A stretch of DNA of 19,496 nucleotides from IMG/VR virus record IMGVR_UViG_2671181134_000003, one strand, 5' to 3'. Position 1 is the stretch's first letter, and every line of letters starts with the position of its first letter. A program made the position numbers and the translations under genes. The notes beneath the pieces were generated by a model, which was given only the letters and a program-made list of their open reading frames with translations, searched no databases and had not been told where the DNA came from. Source of the stretch: a virus (lineage: Duplodnaviria > Heunggongvirae > Uroviricota > Caudoviricetes). This document shows, in pieces, positions 1 through 7,653 of the stretch.

Positions 1-779
1 ACGAACTGGTTGTTAAAGGGATAAATATTTACCCGGATAAGATTACTGTTACTGTGGCGCTGGAAACTGGTGGGTATACGTCACTGTTGTTGCCAAATGT
101 GGTGATTGATCTTGATCGTGTTGAAGGTGCCCCGCTGGAGTTTTACGAAGCTGAGGCGAAAAAGAAGGCGAAGCAGTTTTTCATGGATATTGCTGCCGGG
201 TTATGTGAAGGGAACGAACCGTTGCCGGAAAAGCGCCTTTGTTCAGAAGAGCGGTATACCATACAAATTAACAATGCATATAACACGATACAGTCAGAAA
301 AAGATGATATCGAATCACGCATTGAAAAACTGGAGAACAGCGTCGTTGAACTGAATAAAAAACTGTCGGTGCAGATCCCTTCCGAAGGTGAAAAAAAACG
401 CCGTGATGAGCAGTTCGCGGCGTTTTACGATTATTGCCGGAAAGTGATGAGCAGAAATCTCGCAGAGTGTTTCCGTATTCAAAAAAACAGAGAGCGCTCT
501 GCAAATAGTGAAATTCTGGATAATTTTTTAAAGGGGACGCATCTCGCCAGTGATTGTTTCATTGCTCATTCTTTTGGTGGCTTTCATGAGGCCATCAAAC
601 ATGATGTTGAGAGAAGTCCAGGTATCCTCTGTTCCATTCCCGTAAGCATCGAAATAGACACAAATACGATAACCGGTGAACTCGTTACTGCCGGAGTCGG
701 TATATTCCGTCATGAGGGGAACGATGCCAAAGGTTCCTTTACAAAAATCGGGCCGTTCTTTCTGAAGGTAGAGCGATAG
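1..779 (+). CDS. hypothetical protein, C-terminal part (reading frame open from window start; 5' end outside window)
   Basis: Frame 3 has no stop from nt 3 to TAG 777-779 (about 258 codons). Codon usage looks genuine (CTG/GAA/AAA preferred). No Shine-Dalgarno before the first GTG at 54, consistent with the start lying upstream of the window. Overlaps the 3' end of the convergent - strand ORF by about 250 nt, so one of the two may be a shadow ORF. No family recognised. Confidence 0.45.
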   Translation, partial: ELVVKGINIYPDKITVTVALETGGYTSLLLPNVVIDLDRVEGAPLEFYEAEAKKKAKQFFMDIAAGLCEGNEPLPEKRLCSEERYTIQINNAYNTIQSEKDDIESRIEKLENSVVELNKKLSVQIPSEGEKKRRDEQFAAFYDYCRKVMSRNLAECFRIQKNRERSANSEILDNFLKGTHLASDCFIAHSFGGFHEAIKHDVERSPGILCSIPVSIEIDTNTITGELVTAGVGIFRHEGNDAKGSFTKIGPFFLKVER

Positions 780-1160
780 TTTGTTAAGTACCCATCCGAC
801 AGCTCGCTCATTTTGGTTTATTTTCGTATCGCGAAACAAAAATTCGAAGCGGCCAGATGACGCATGGGTGCAACCAAATACCGGGGCGTATTCATCAACC
901 TTTGGTGTTCCTGAAAACATGCAGTCCGTGCTCTCGAATGCAGATGAATTGCTGTTGATCCACTTAACAAAAGAAAAAAAGGTCTGAATCGCTTGTCTGT
1001 CTGAATATTCAACAAAATCCTCAAGGTGTGTCTCGATCAGTTCCGGGTGTTTACGAAAGTCATAATATTGACCGGGACGATATTTATGAGTGGTTGTTTT
1101 ATCCCATGGTTGTGCTCTGCGTCCCTGTAAACGGAGGTCTGCCGCTGGATAGATAAGCAT
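528..1160 (-). CDS. hypothetical protein (about 210 aa), opposite strand to the phage late genes
   Basis: ATG at 1160-1158 is preceded by AGGAG (complement of 1168-1172) with a 7-nt spacer; stop TAA is the complement of 528-530. It is a long ORF in AT-rich DNA. The ORF-track start at 1229 is rejected in favour of the SD-supported ATG. No family recognised. Confidence 0.5.
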   Translation of the reverse strand: MLIYPAADLRLQGRRAQPWDKTTTHKYRPGQYYDFRKHPELIETHLEDFVEYSDRQAIQTFFSFVKWINSNSSAFESTDCMFSGTPKVDEYAPVFGCTHASSGRFEFLFRDTKINQNERAVGWVLNKLSLYLQKERPDFCKGTFGIVPLMTEYTDSGSNEFTGYRICVYFDAYGNGTEDTWTSLNIMFDGLMKATKRMSNETITGEMRPL

Positions 1161-1290
1161 AAGTAATCTCCTGGTGGAATGTAATCCACGATCATCCGGG
1201 GAAATTAAGAACCCGCCAGTGCCCACCACTGGTGGGGTGAAGGCTTAACATATCCAGGGATTCGGAACCGATAAATCCTGATAAATATCC

Positions 1291-1824
1291 ATGAACACCA
1301 AAATCAAATACGGCCTGTCGGCTGCCGTTCTGGCGCTGATTGCCGCAGGGGCGCCTGCGCCTGATATTCTCGACCAGTTTCTGGATGAAAAAGAAGGTAA
1401 CCACACCACGGCATACCGTGATGGTGCGGGGATCTGGACCATTTGTCGTGGTGCCACCAGGGTGGATGGCAAACCTGTCGTCCCGGGCATGAAGTTGTCG
1501 AAGAAAAAATGCGACCAGGTTAACGCCATTGAGCGTGATAAGGCGCTGGCATGGGTGGAGAAAAACATCCGGGTGCCACTGACTGAACCCCAGAAAGCGG
1601 GGATCGCGTCATTCTGCCCGTATAACATTGGCCCCGGTAAGTGTTTCCCGTCGACGTTTTATAAACGAATTAATGCAGGCGATCGCAGGGGAGCGTGTGA
1701 AGCGATTCGCTGGTGGATTAAGGACGGTGGCAGAGACTGCCGTATCCGCTCAAACAACTGTTACGGCCAGATATCCCGTCGTGACCAGGAGAGCGCGCTG
1801 GCGTGCTGGGGAATCGACAGATAA
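1291..1824 (+). CDS. R: phage endolysin, lysozyme-like (GH24) with SAR-type signal-anchor N-terminus
   Basis: 177-aa ORF. N-terminal weakly hydrophobic Gly/Ala-rich segment (GLSAAVLALIAAGAPAP) is typical of a SAR domain. E-x8-D-x5-T catalytic spacing (EGNHTTAYRDGAGIWT) matches T4/P21-type lysozymes. Position is immediately upstream of the spanins. Confidence 0.9.
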   Translation: MNTKIKYGLSAAVLALIAAGAPAPDILDQFLDEKEGNHTTAYRDGAGIWTICRGATRVDGKPVVPGMKLSKKKCDQVNAIERDKALAWVEKNIRVPLTEPQKAGIASFCPYNIGPGKCFPSTFYKRINAGDRRGACEAIRWWIKDGGRDCRIRSNNCYGQISRRDQESALACWGIDR

Positions 1825-1913
1825 GCAGAATATTTTGCTGAAAAATGACGTTGGCCAACGCGGACGGATAACACGAAATCCTGCGAACTGGCAAAACCTA
1901 AGTGAATAAAAGT

Positions 1914-1955
1914 AAAAACCCCGTTTGTTGGCAGCAAGCGGGGTTTTGTGTTTCT
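1914..1955. terminator. bidirectional intrinsic terminator-like hairpin downstream of the endolysin
   Basis: CCCCG (1919-1923) pairs with CGGGG (1939-1943) around a 15-nt loop. It is flanked by an A-run (1914-1918) and a T-run (1944-1947, then GTGTTTCT), so either strand gives a hairpin followed by U-rich sequence. Confidence 0.45.
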
Positions 1956-1980
1956 GACCTTGGATAAGGCAAGGGAGAAC

Positions 1981-2163
1981 ATGGAAAAGTATAAACGAAT
2001 TCTGTTGAGGTTGACTATGAAAAACGGCCTTGAACTGAAAGCGCCTGTAACTGATGACATCAGCAGAGCGCTGGCTTTTGCTATTAAGTGGGTGGCGGTC
2101 GGTGTTGCTGTGTCCCCGATGCTGTATGGGCTGGCAAAACTGGTCATTGCGTTGAAATCGTGA
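1981..2163 (+). CDS. small membrane protein (60 aa from ATG 1981; in-frame GTG at 1948 is an alternative), one C-terminal TM helix
   Basis: AAGGGAG at 1971-1977 precedes ATG 1981. Basic N-terminus followed by a hydrophobic stretch ([28 protein letters not shown]). Stop TGA at 2161-2163. Confidence 0.4.
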   Translation: MEKYKRILLRLTMKNGLELKAPVTDDISRALAFAIKWVAVGVAVSPMLYGLAKLVIALKS

Positions 2164-2177
2164 AGGGAGGATTAAGC

Positions 2178-2309
2178 ATGTCAGACAAACTCATAACGCT
2201 GGCGAAGATCCTCTGTGTAATTGTCGGCATTTCATTTTCACTAATGCTGGTTGCTCTTTTTCTTTCCATGGCCTGGATGATGTTGTCTTCGTCGGGGCTG
2301 CTGGGGTGA
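2178..2309 (+). CDS. small membrane peptide (43 aa), single TM helix
   Basis: Strong SD GAAGGGAGG (2162-2170), 7-nt spacer, ATG 2178. Sequence [36 protein letters not shown] is almost entirely one TM segment. Stop TGA 2307-2309 overlaps the GTG at 2306 of the next gene (GTGA). Confidence 0.5.
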   Translation: MSDKLITLAKILCVIVGISFSLMLVALFLSMAWMMLSSSGLLG

Positions 2310-2779
2310 ACATAAACCGAATGCTTTCCGCGTTTATCGTTATTCTGCTGGTGGCCTGTGGAGCGATGTGGATGGCAACAGACCATTACCGTGATAACGC
2401 GATTACCTACAAAGCGCAGCGCGATAACAAAGCCAGTGAACTGAAGCTGGCGAACGCAACCATTACTGATATGCAGGTGCGCCAGCGCGATGTTGCTGCG
2501 CTCGATGCAAAATACTCGAGGGAATTAGCCGATGCGAGAGCTGAAAATGAAACTCTTCGCGCTGACGTTGCCGCTGGTCGTAAGCGCCTGCGGATCAACG
2601 CCACCTGTCCAGGCTCCGTGCGTGAAGCCCCCACCACCTCCGGCGTGGATAATGCAACCGGCCCCAGACTGGCAGACGCCGCTGAACGGGATTATTTCAT
2701 CCTCAGAGAACGGTTGATGACAATGCAGAAGCAGCTGGAAGGGGCACAGCTATACATTCGTGAGCAATGCCTCAGATAA
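2306..2779 (+). CDS. Rz: i-spanin (Rz), inner-membrane spanin subunit
   Basis: N-terminal TM segment followed by [14 protein letters not shown]...[11 protein letters not shown]...QKQLEG, closely matching lambda Rz as I recall it. Start is either GTG 2306 (coupled to the preceding stop) or ATG 2321. Stop TAA 2777-2779. Confidence 0.88.
   Translation: MNINRMLSAFIVILLVACGAMWMATDHYRDNAITYKAQRDNKASELKLANATITDMQVRQRDVAALDAKYSRELADARAENETLRADVAAGRKRLRINATCPGSVREAPTTSGVDNATGPRLADAAERDYFILRERLMTMQKQLEGAQLYIREQCLR
2532..2717 (+). CDS. Rz1: o-spanin (Rz1), outer-membrane lipoprotein, nested in the +1 frame inside Rz
   Basis: 61-aa ORF entirely inside Rz in a different frame. Lipobox-like LVVSAC followed by a proline-rich stretch ([27 protein letters not shown]) that is near-identical to lambda Rz1. 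SD GAGGGA sits 8 nt upstream of ATG 2532. Confidence 0.85.
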   Translation: MRELKMKLFALTLPLVVSACGSTPPVQAPCVKPPPPPAWIMQPAPDWQTPLNGIISSSENG

Positions 2780-3139
2780 AAACCGGCCAAGGATAATCCG
2801 CTGAAGATTTGCCGGTGGCTAAAGGGGCCAAGCCACCAATTTACGTAATTAGCCACAGAGATACAATATTTTAGTTTACTTATGTATTTCTGAAGCATGT
2901 CTTTGCGCAGTATCGTCGCCGTATTCCCACATGAACAGAGACCGCAGCCCTACCGGGAGACTCCTCTGCGCGAGTGTGCGGGGATAATCAAAAACGATAC
3001 ACACCGGGGTTTACCGCGTTAACGGAGCGCGGCGTTGTCCCCTCATAGTCGCCTGTCCGGTGCGATGGTGGAAGAAACCGGACTACATTGAAAATGATAA
3101 CCATTATCATTTTTGCGGGTCCTCCTGGTGGGGTGGGCC

Positions 3140-3345
3140 TGAACACGGGGCGGGCGGCGCGGAAAAAGGCGCATTTTTGTGATTTTATCGTCATCATCAT
3201 CATAATGGTAACTTATTGTTTTTAATGTGTTTAGCATTAAAAAGATGATGATTGTGGTTGATTTTTGTTCGACATCTTTATATGGCGGCATTTCTTTACA
3301 AAAAAAGAGCCACTTTTGTTCAGCGGTTTATGTGGAGGGATGTAA
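3140..3345 (+). other. candidate cos region (cosN-like GC-rich core about 3145-3162 plus AT-rich cosB-like segment with inverted repeats)
   Basis: ACGGGGCGGGCGGCGCGG at 3145-3162 resembles the lambda cosN region (ACG|GGGCGGCGACCTCGCGGG) and lies about 200 nt upstream of the terS ATG; lambda cosN is about 190 nt upstream of Nu1. The AT-rich stretch that follows has inverted TCATCATC (3191-3198) / GATGATGA (3244-3251) repeats, which could be terS binding sites. The exact nick positions cannot be set from sequence alone. Confidence 0.4.
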
Positions 3346-3822
3346 ATGGACGGCGAGCTGAAAAATATGAAGTTAAATATTAATCAACTGGCAGCCCTTT
3401 CAGGTCTGCACCGGCAGACTGTTGCCGCCAGAATGGCGGATGTTCCTCTTGCACCAGGCAGTAATGAAAAGAAAAAACTGTATCTCCTGACGGATTTGAT
3501 TATTTCGTTGCTGGAAAAACCACCGACTTCCGAAGATGAAGAGATGAACCCACATGATCGGAAGGCATGGTATCAGTCCGAGCGCGAGCGTCTTAAATTT
3601 CAGCATGAAACTGTTCAGCTTGTGCCTGTCAGTGATGTCAGGCGGTCCTTTTCTGTCGTGGTGAAAGCGATAGTTCAGGTACTGGAAACCTGGCCTGACC
3701 GGCTGGAAAGGGACAGAGGGTGGACCGCATCACAACTGAATGAAGTACAGATTGTGGTTGATGAGATCCGCGACACACTGGAAAAGGCAGTCATTGACTG
3801 TTGTGATGAGGCCGATATGTGA
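3346..3822 (+). CDS. Nu1: terminase small subunit (Nu1-like, N-terminal HTH)
   Basis: SD GGAGGG (3334-3339) with a 6-nt spacer before ATG 3346. N-terminus (KLNINQLAALSGLHRQTVAARMADVPL) resembles lambda Nu1 (MEVNKKQLADIFGASIRTIQNWQ...). Sits immediately upstream of terL with a start/stop overlap. Confidence 0.8.
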   Translation: MDGELKNMKLNINQLAALSGLHRQTVAARMADVPLAPGSNEKKKLYLLTDLIISLLEKPPTSEDEEMNPHDRKAWYQSERERLKFQHETVQLVPVSDVRRSFSVVVKAIVQVLETWPDRLERDRGWTASQLNEVQIVVDEIRDTLEKAVIDCCDEADM

Positions 3823-5942
3823 ATCAGGTGAACGAGAGCCATAGCCGCGCATCCGATATCTGGCGCGAAGTGGCCTCGCTGTTTCGCCCACCTGGCCGGT
3901 TACCAGTAGCGGAAGCCATCAGGCGTTATATGCGGGTACCACGGGGAGCCAATACTTCCGGTCCGTGGGAGTCATCGCTGACGCCCTATATGATTGACCC
4001 CATTAATACATTATCAGCCCGTGAATATGACGCGGTGGTGTTTGTGGGACCTGCGCGAACCGGGAAAACCGAAGGGCTGATTGACGGCTGGATTGTGTAC
4101 GGCATCATCTGTGATCCGGCGGATATGCTGGTGGTGCAAATGACCGAGACGAAGGCGCGGGAACACTCCAGAACGCGTCTTTCCAGAACGTTTCGTCACA
4201 GCCCGGAGGTCAGTAAGCGTCTCAGTCCTTCCCGTAATGACAACAACGTCCACGATAAAATGTTTCTTGACGGCTCCTTCCTGAAGATTGGCTGGCCGTC
4301 GATCACTGTATTTTCTTCTTCGGATTACCGTCGTGTGGCGCTGACGGATTATGACCGTTTCCCTGAAAACGTGGACGGGGAAGGGGATGCCTTCACCCTG
4401 GCATCAAAGCGTACCACCACCTTTATGTCCTCGGGGATGACCCTGGTCGAGAGTTCGCCGGGGCGGGATATCACTGACACCAAATGGCGCTGTGGCGGCG
4501 CACATGAGGCACCGCCAACAACGGGGATCCTGTCACTGTATAACCGGGGAGACCGCCGCCGGTGGTACTGGCCGTGTCCGCACTGCGGGGAATATTTTCA
4601 GCCGGTGATGGATAACATGACCGGATACCGGAATAACCCGGATTTTGTGGCTGCCGGTCAGGCTGCCCGTCTGATGTGTCCGCATTGTCGCGGGCTGATT
4701 GCCCCTGAGCAGAAACGCGAACTGAATAACAAAGGGATCTGGCTTCGTGAAGGTGAACGGGCGGTGGCGGACGGCAGTATCACCGGAACGCCACGAAATT
4801 CCCGGATTGCGTCATTCTGGATGGAGGGGCCGGCCGCGGCGTTTCAGACCTGGGAACAACTGATTTTTAAACTGCTGGCGGCAGAAGAAGAGTATGAGCG
4901 AACCGGCAGTGAAGAGACCCTGAAAGCGGTGGTGAACACCGATATCGGACGCCCCTATCTGCCCCGTTCAGCCACGGAACAGCGTAAAAGTGAACTGCTT
5001 GAACAGCGTGCCGAGCCGTTTCCCCGGCGATCTGTGCCGGATGGTGTGCGTTTTATTGAGGCAACGGTTGACGTACAGGGCGGTAAAAATCGCCGTTTTG
5101 TTGTGCAGATCACCGGATACGGAGAGCAGGGGGAACGCTGGATTGTTGATCGCTATAACATCCGGCATTCACTGCGCTGCAGTCCCAACGGTGAAAGTCT
5201 GCCGGTTGATCCGGCGGCATATCCGGAGGACTGGGATTTGTTGCTGACGGATGTGTTCCATAAAACATGGCCGCTGGCTTCTGATCCGGATGTGCGCATG
5301 CGTCTGATGGCCATGGCGGTGGATACGGGAGGGGAAGCCGGGGTGACAGATAACGCCTATCGTTTCTGGCGTCGTTGCCGGAGTGACGGACTGGGCAACA
5401 GGGTGTTTCTGTTCAAGGGGGATGGTCTTCGCCGTGACAGGCTGATTAACCGTACCTTCCCGGATAATACCGGCAGAAGTGCCCGCCGTGCCAGAGCCAG
5501 TGGCGATGTCGCGCTGTGGCTGGTTCAGACGGATGCGTTTAAGGACCGTGTAAATAATGCCCTGTGGCGTGACACACCAGGGCCGAACTATATCCACTTT
5601 CCCGACTGGCTGGGGCGGTGGTTTTACGATGAGCTGACCTATGAAGAGCGCGGCAGTGACGGAAAATGGCGAAAACCGGGCAGGGGCGCTAACGAGGCGT
5701 TTGACCTGCTGGTTTATGCGGATGCGCTTGCCGTTCTGCATGGTTACGAAAAGATCCGCTGGCCCTCCGCACCGGACTGGGCACAGCGGGAAACGTGGCT
5801 CGTCTTCCCGCAGGAGCGTTCTGGTGAAACGGTATCCCCGGAACTGACGGCCGGGGCAGAAAAACGCCGTCGCCGGAAGAAAAAACTGCGGACGGAGCGT
5901 GCGGAAGATAATCCATGGATAACATCAGGAGGCTGGTTGTGA
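3819..5942 (+). CDS. A: terminase large subunit (lambda gpA family)
   Basis: 707-aa ORF with a Walker A-like GPARTGKT motif, a conserved SLFRP N-terminal motif and a CPHCGEYF zinc-finger-like motif as in lambda gpA (CPHCGEE). GTG start at 3819 overlaps the terS stop. Stop TGA 5940-5942. Confidence 0.95.
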   Translation: MNQVNESHSRASDIWREVASLFRPPGRLPVAEAIRRYMRVPRGANTSGPWESSLTPYMIDPINTLSAREYDAVVFVGPARTGKTEGLIDGWIVYGIICDPADMLVVQMTETKAREHSRTRLSRTFRHSPEVSKRLSPSRNDNNVHDKMFLDGSFLKIGWPSITVFSSSDYRRVALTDYDRFPENVDGEGDAFTLASKRTTTFMSSGMTLVESSPGRDITDTKWRCGGAHEAPPTTGILSLYNRGDRRRWYWPCPHCGEYFQPVMDNMTGYRNNPDFVAAGQAARLMCPHCRGLIAPEQKRELNNKGIWLREGERAVADGSITGTPRNSRIASFWMEGPAAAFQTWEQLIFKLLAAEEEYERTGSEETLKAVVNTDIGRPYLPRSATEQRKSELLEQRAEPFPRRSVPDGVRFIEATVDVQGGKNRRFVVQITGYGEQGERWIVDRYNIRHSLRCSPNGESLPVDPAAYPEDWDLLLTDVFHKTWPLASDPDVRMRLMAMAVDTGGEAGVTDNAYRFWRRCRSDGLGNRVFLFKGDGLRRDRLINRTFPDNTGRSARRARASGDVALWLVQTDAFKDRVNNALWRDTPGPNYIHFPDWLGRWFYDELTYEERGSDGKWRKPGRGANEAFDLLVYADALAVLHGYEKIRWPSAPDWAQRETWLVFPQERSGETVSPELTAGAEKRRRRKKKLRTERAEDNPWITSGGWL

Positions 5943-6151
5943 GCACAGAAGAAGCCAGAGAAATGATACAGCGGTACCGTGAAGCGGAAATGGCCGTACT
6001 GGAGGGGAAGTCTGTCACCTTCAACGGGCAGCAACTGACGCTGGAAAGCCTTTCTCAGATCCGCGCCGGACGTCAGGAGTGGGAACGCAGGCTTGCCGCG
6101 ATGGTGAGCCGCAGGCGGGGAAAACCAGGATTTAAACTGGCGAGGTTTTAA
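5939..6151 (+). CDS. W: head-tail joining / head completion protein W-like
   Basis: About 70 aa, placed between terL and portal as lambda W is, with a basic RRRGKPGF C-terminus like lambda W (RRRGPAGF). Preferred start is GTG 5939, with AGGAGG at 5927-5932 and a 6-nt spacer, overlapping the terL stop (GTGA). The in-frame ATG at 5915 is an alternative. Confidence 0.7.
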   Translation: MSTEEAREMIQRYREAEMAVLEGKSVTFNGQQLTLESLSQIRAGRQEWERRLAAMVSRRRGKPGFKLARF

Positions 6152-7653
6152 TGGCAATTATTGATGATGTGATAGGCGTGTTTTCCCCCGGGTGGAAAGC
6201 AGCCAGACTGCGTTCAAGGGCGTTAATCATGGCCTATGAGGCGGTGAAACCGACCCGGACACATAAAGCCCGGCGGGAAAATCGCTCTGCCGATCAGCTC
6301 AGTAAATACGGTGCGGTTTCCCTGCGGGAGCAGGCCCGTTTTCTTGATATCAATCATGACCTGGTGATTGGTGTGTTTGACAAGCTGGAAGAGCGGGTGA
6401 TTGGTGCCAGGGGAATTATTGTGGAGCCTCAGCCATTACGAAAAAACGGGGAAATGGCGGCTGAGCTGGCTGCGGATATCCGCCGGTTGTGGGCTGAATG
6501 GTCCGTGAGTCCGGATGTGACAGGGCAGTATACCCGTCCCGTGCTTGAACGTTTACTGCTGCGGACCTGGCTGCGGGATGGTGAAGTGTTTGCGCAGATG
6601 GTCAGTGGTGCGGGAAACGGTCTGGAACGGACGGCGGGAGTGCCATTCTGGCTTGAGGCGATGGAGCCGGATTTTGTTCCCATGCGCACTGATGAATCCG
6701 CCGGGCTGAATCAGGGGGTTTTTCTTGATGAGTGGGGAAGACCGAAAAAATATCTGGTTTATAAAAATTATCCGGTCAGCGGTCGGCAGAGTGATACGAA
6801 AGAAATCGCTGCCGGAAAAATGATCCACCTGAAGTTCATACGCCGTCTGCATCAGACGCGAGGCTCATCCATGTTATCGGGGGTGCTGATGCGGATCAGT
6901 GCCCTTAAGGAATATGAGGATGCGGAACTGACGGCTGCGCGTATTGCCGCGGCGCTGGGACTGTATATCCGTAAAGGGGACGGACAGGACTATGAAGATC
7001 CGGGGATCAAAGATACCAACCGGGAAGTCCATATCACCCCGGGTATTATTTATGACGATTTGCGCAAGGGCGAGGATATCGGCATGGTCAAATCTGACCG
7101 TCCCAATCCCAACCTTGAAACTTTCCGCAACGGCCAGTTGCGTGCAGTGGCAGCAGGCAGTCGTCTGAGTTTTTCCAGTGCGGCGCGTAACTATAACGGC
7201 ACCTACAGCGCCCAGCGGCAGGAGCTGGTCGAGTCCACGGATGGTTACCTGATCCTGCAGGACTGTTTTATTGGCGCGGTAACCCGCCCGGTGTACCGGA
7301 CATGGCTGAATATGGTGGTTGCGGCAGGTCTGCTGAAAATTCCGGCGGATGTGGAGATGAAAACGCTATATAACGCGACGTATTCCGGTCCGGTGATGCC
7401 GTGGATCGACCCGGTTAAGGAAGCTGAAGCCTGGAGAATTCAGATCCGGGGTGGTGCAGCGACAGAATCTGACTGGGTGCGTGCCGGTGGGCGCAATCCG
7501 GATGAGGTCAAACGTCGCCGCAAGGCTGAAATTGATGAAAACAGCAGACTGGGGCTGGTCTTTGATACTGACCCCGTCAACGACAAAGGAGGCAACAGTG
7601 CCGGAACTGAACGACAGTATCAGCGCGACACCGAAAGCCAGCATGAAGAATAA
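6151..7653 (+). CDS. B: portal protein (lambda gpB-like)
   Basis: 500-aa ORF directly after W, with a TAATG stop/start overlap at 6149-6153. Size and position match the lambda portal gpB (533 aa). Assigned by synteny and size; no specific motif was checked. Confidence 0.9.
   Translation: MAIIDDVIGVFSPGWKAARLRSRALIMAYEAVKPTRTHKARRENRSADQLSKYGAVSLREQARFLDINHDLVIGVFDKLEERVIGARGIIVEPQPLRKNGEMAAELAADIRRLWAEWSVSPDVTGQYTRPVLERLLLRTWLRDGEVFAQMVSGAGNGLERTAGVPFWLEAMEPDFVPMRTDESAGLNQGVFLDEWGRPKKYLVYKNYPVSGRQSDTKEIAAGKMIHLKFIRRLHQTRGSSMLSGVLMRISALKEYEDAELTAARIAAALGLYIRKGDGQDYEDPGIKDTNREVHITPGIIYDDLRKGEDIGMVKSDRPNPNLETFRNGQLRAVAAGSRLSFSSAARNYNGTYSAQRQELVESTDGYLILQDCFIGAVTRPVYRTWLNMVVAAGLLKIPADVEMKTLYNATYSGPVMPWIDPVKEAEAWRIQIRGGAATESDWVRAGGRNPDEVKRRRKAEIDENSRLGLVFDTDPVNDKGGNSAGTERQYQRDTESQHEE

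Noticed and set aside
1849-1860. Perfect 12-bp palindrome CGTTGGCCAACG downstream of the endolysin
   Set aside because: A few perfect 12-bp palindromes are expected by chance in a window this size. There is no flanking context (promoter, repeat copies) to support an operator or restriction-related role.
1168-3131. Repeated motifs CTCCTGGTGG (1168 and 3122) and CTGGTGGGGTG (1229 and 3125) in two intergenic regions
   Set aside because: 10-11-mer repeats at two sites are expected by chance many times in a 19.5-kb sequence, so this is not significant evidence for a shared regulatory site or repeat element. The first copy is simply the complement of the SD of the - strand gene.
2988-3291. - strand ORFs in the cos region (2988..3203, 71 aa; 3043..3291, 82 aa)
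   Set aside because: No SD and low-complexity translations (poly-Asp, poly-Met from the TCATCATCAT repeat). The region is better explained as non-coding cos/packaging DNA.
5169-6157. - strand ORFs overlapping terL and W (5169..5741, 5689..6024, 5744..6157)
   Set aside because: Shadow ORFs antisense to the terminase large subunit and W. No independent start signals, and the + strand genes have strong homology support.
7451-7597. Upstream extension of the protease/capsid ORF to the ORF-track start at 7451
   Set aside because: That start lies 200 nt inside the portal gene and has no SD. GTG 7598 has a perfect AAGGAGG SD at ideal spacing, and ATG 7643 is a second alternative.
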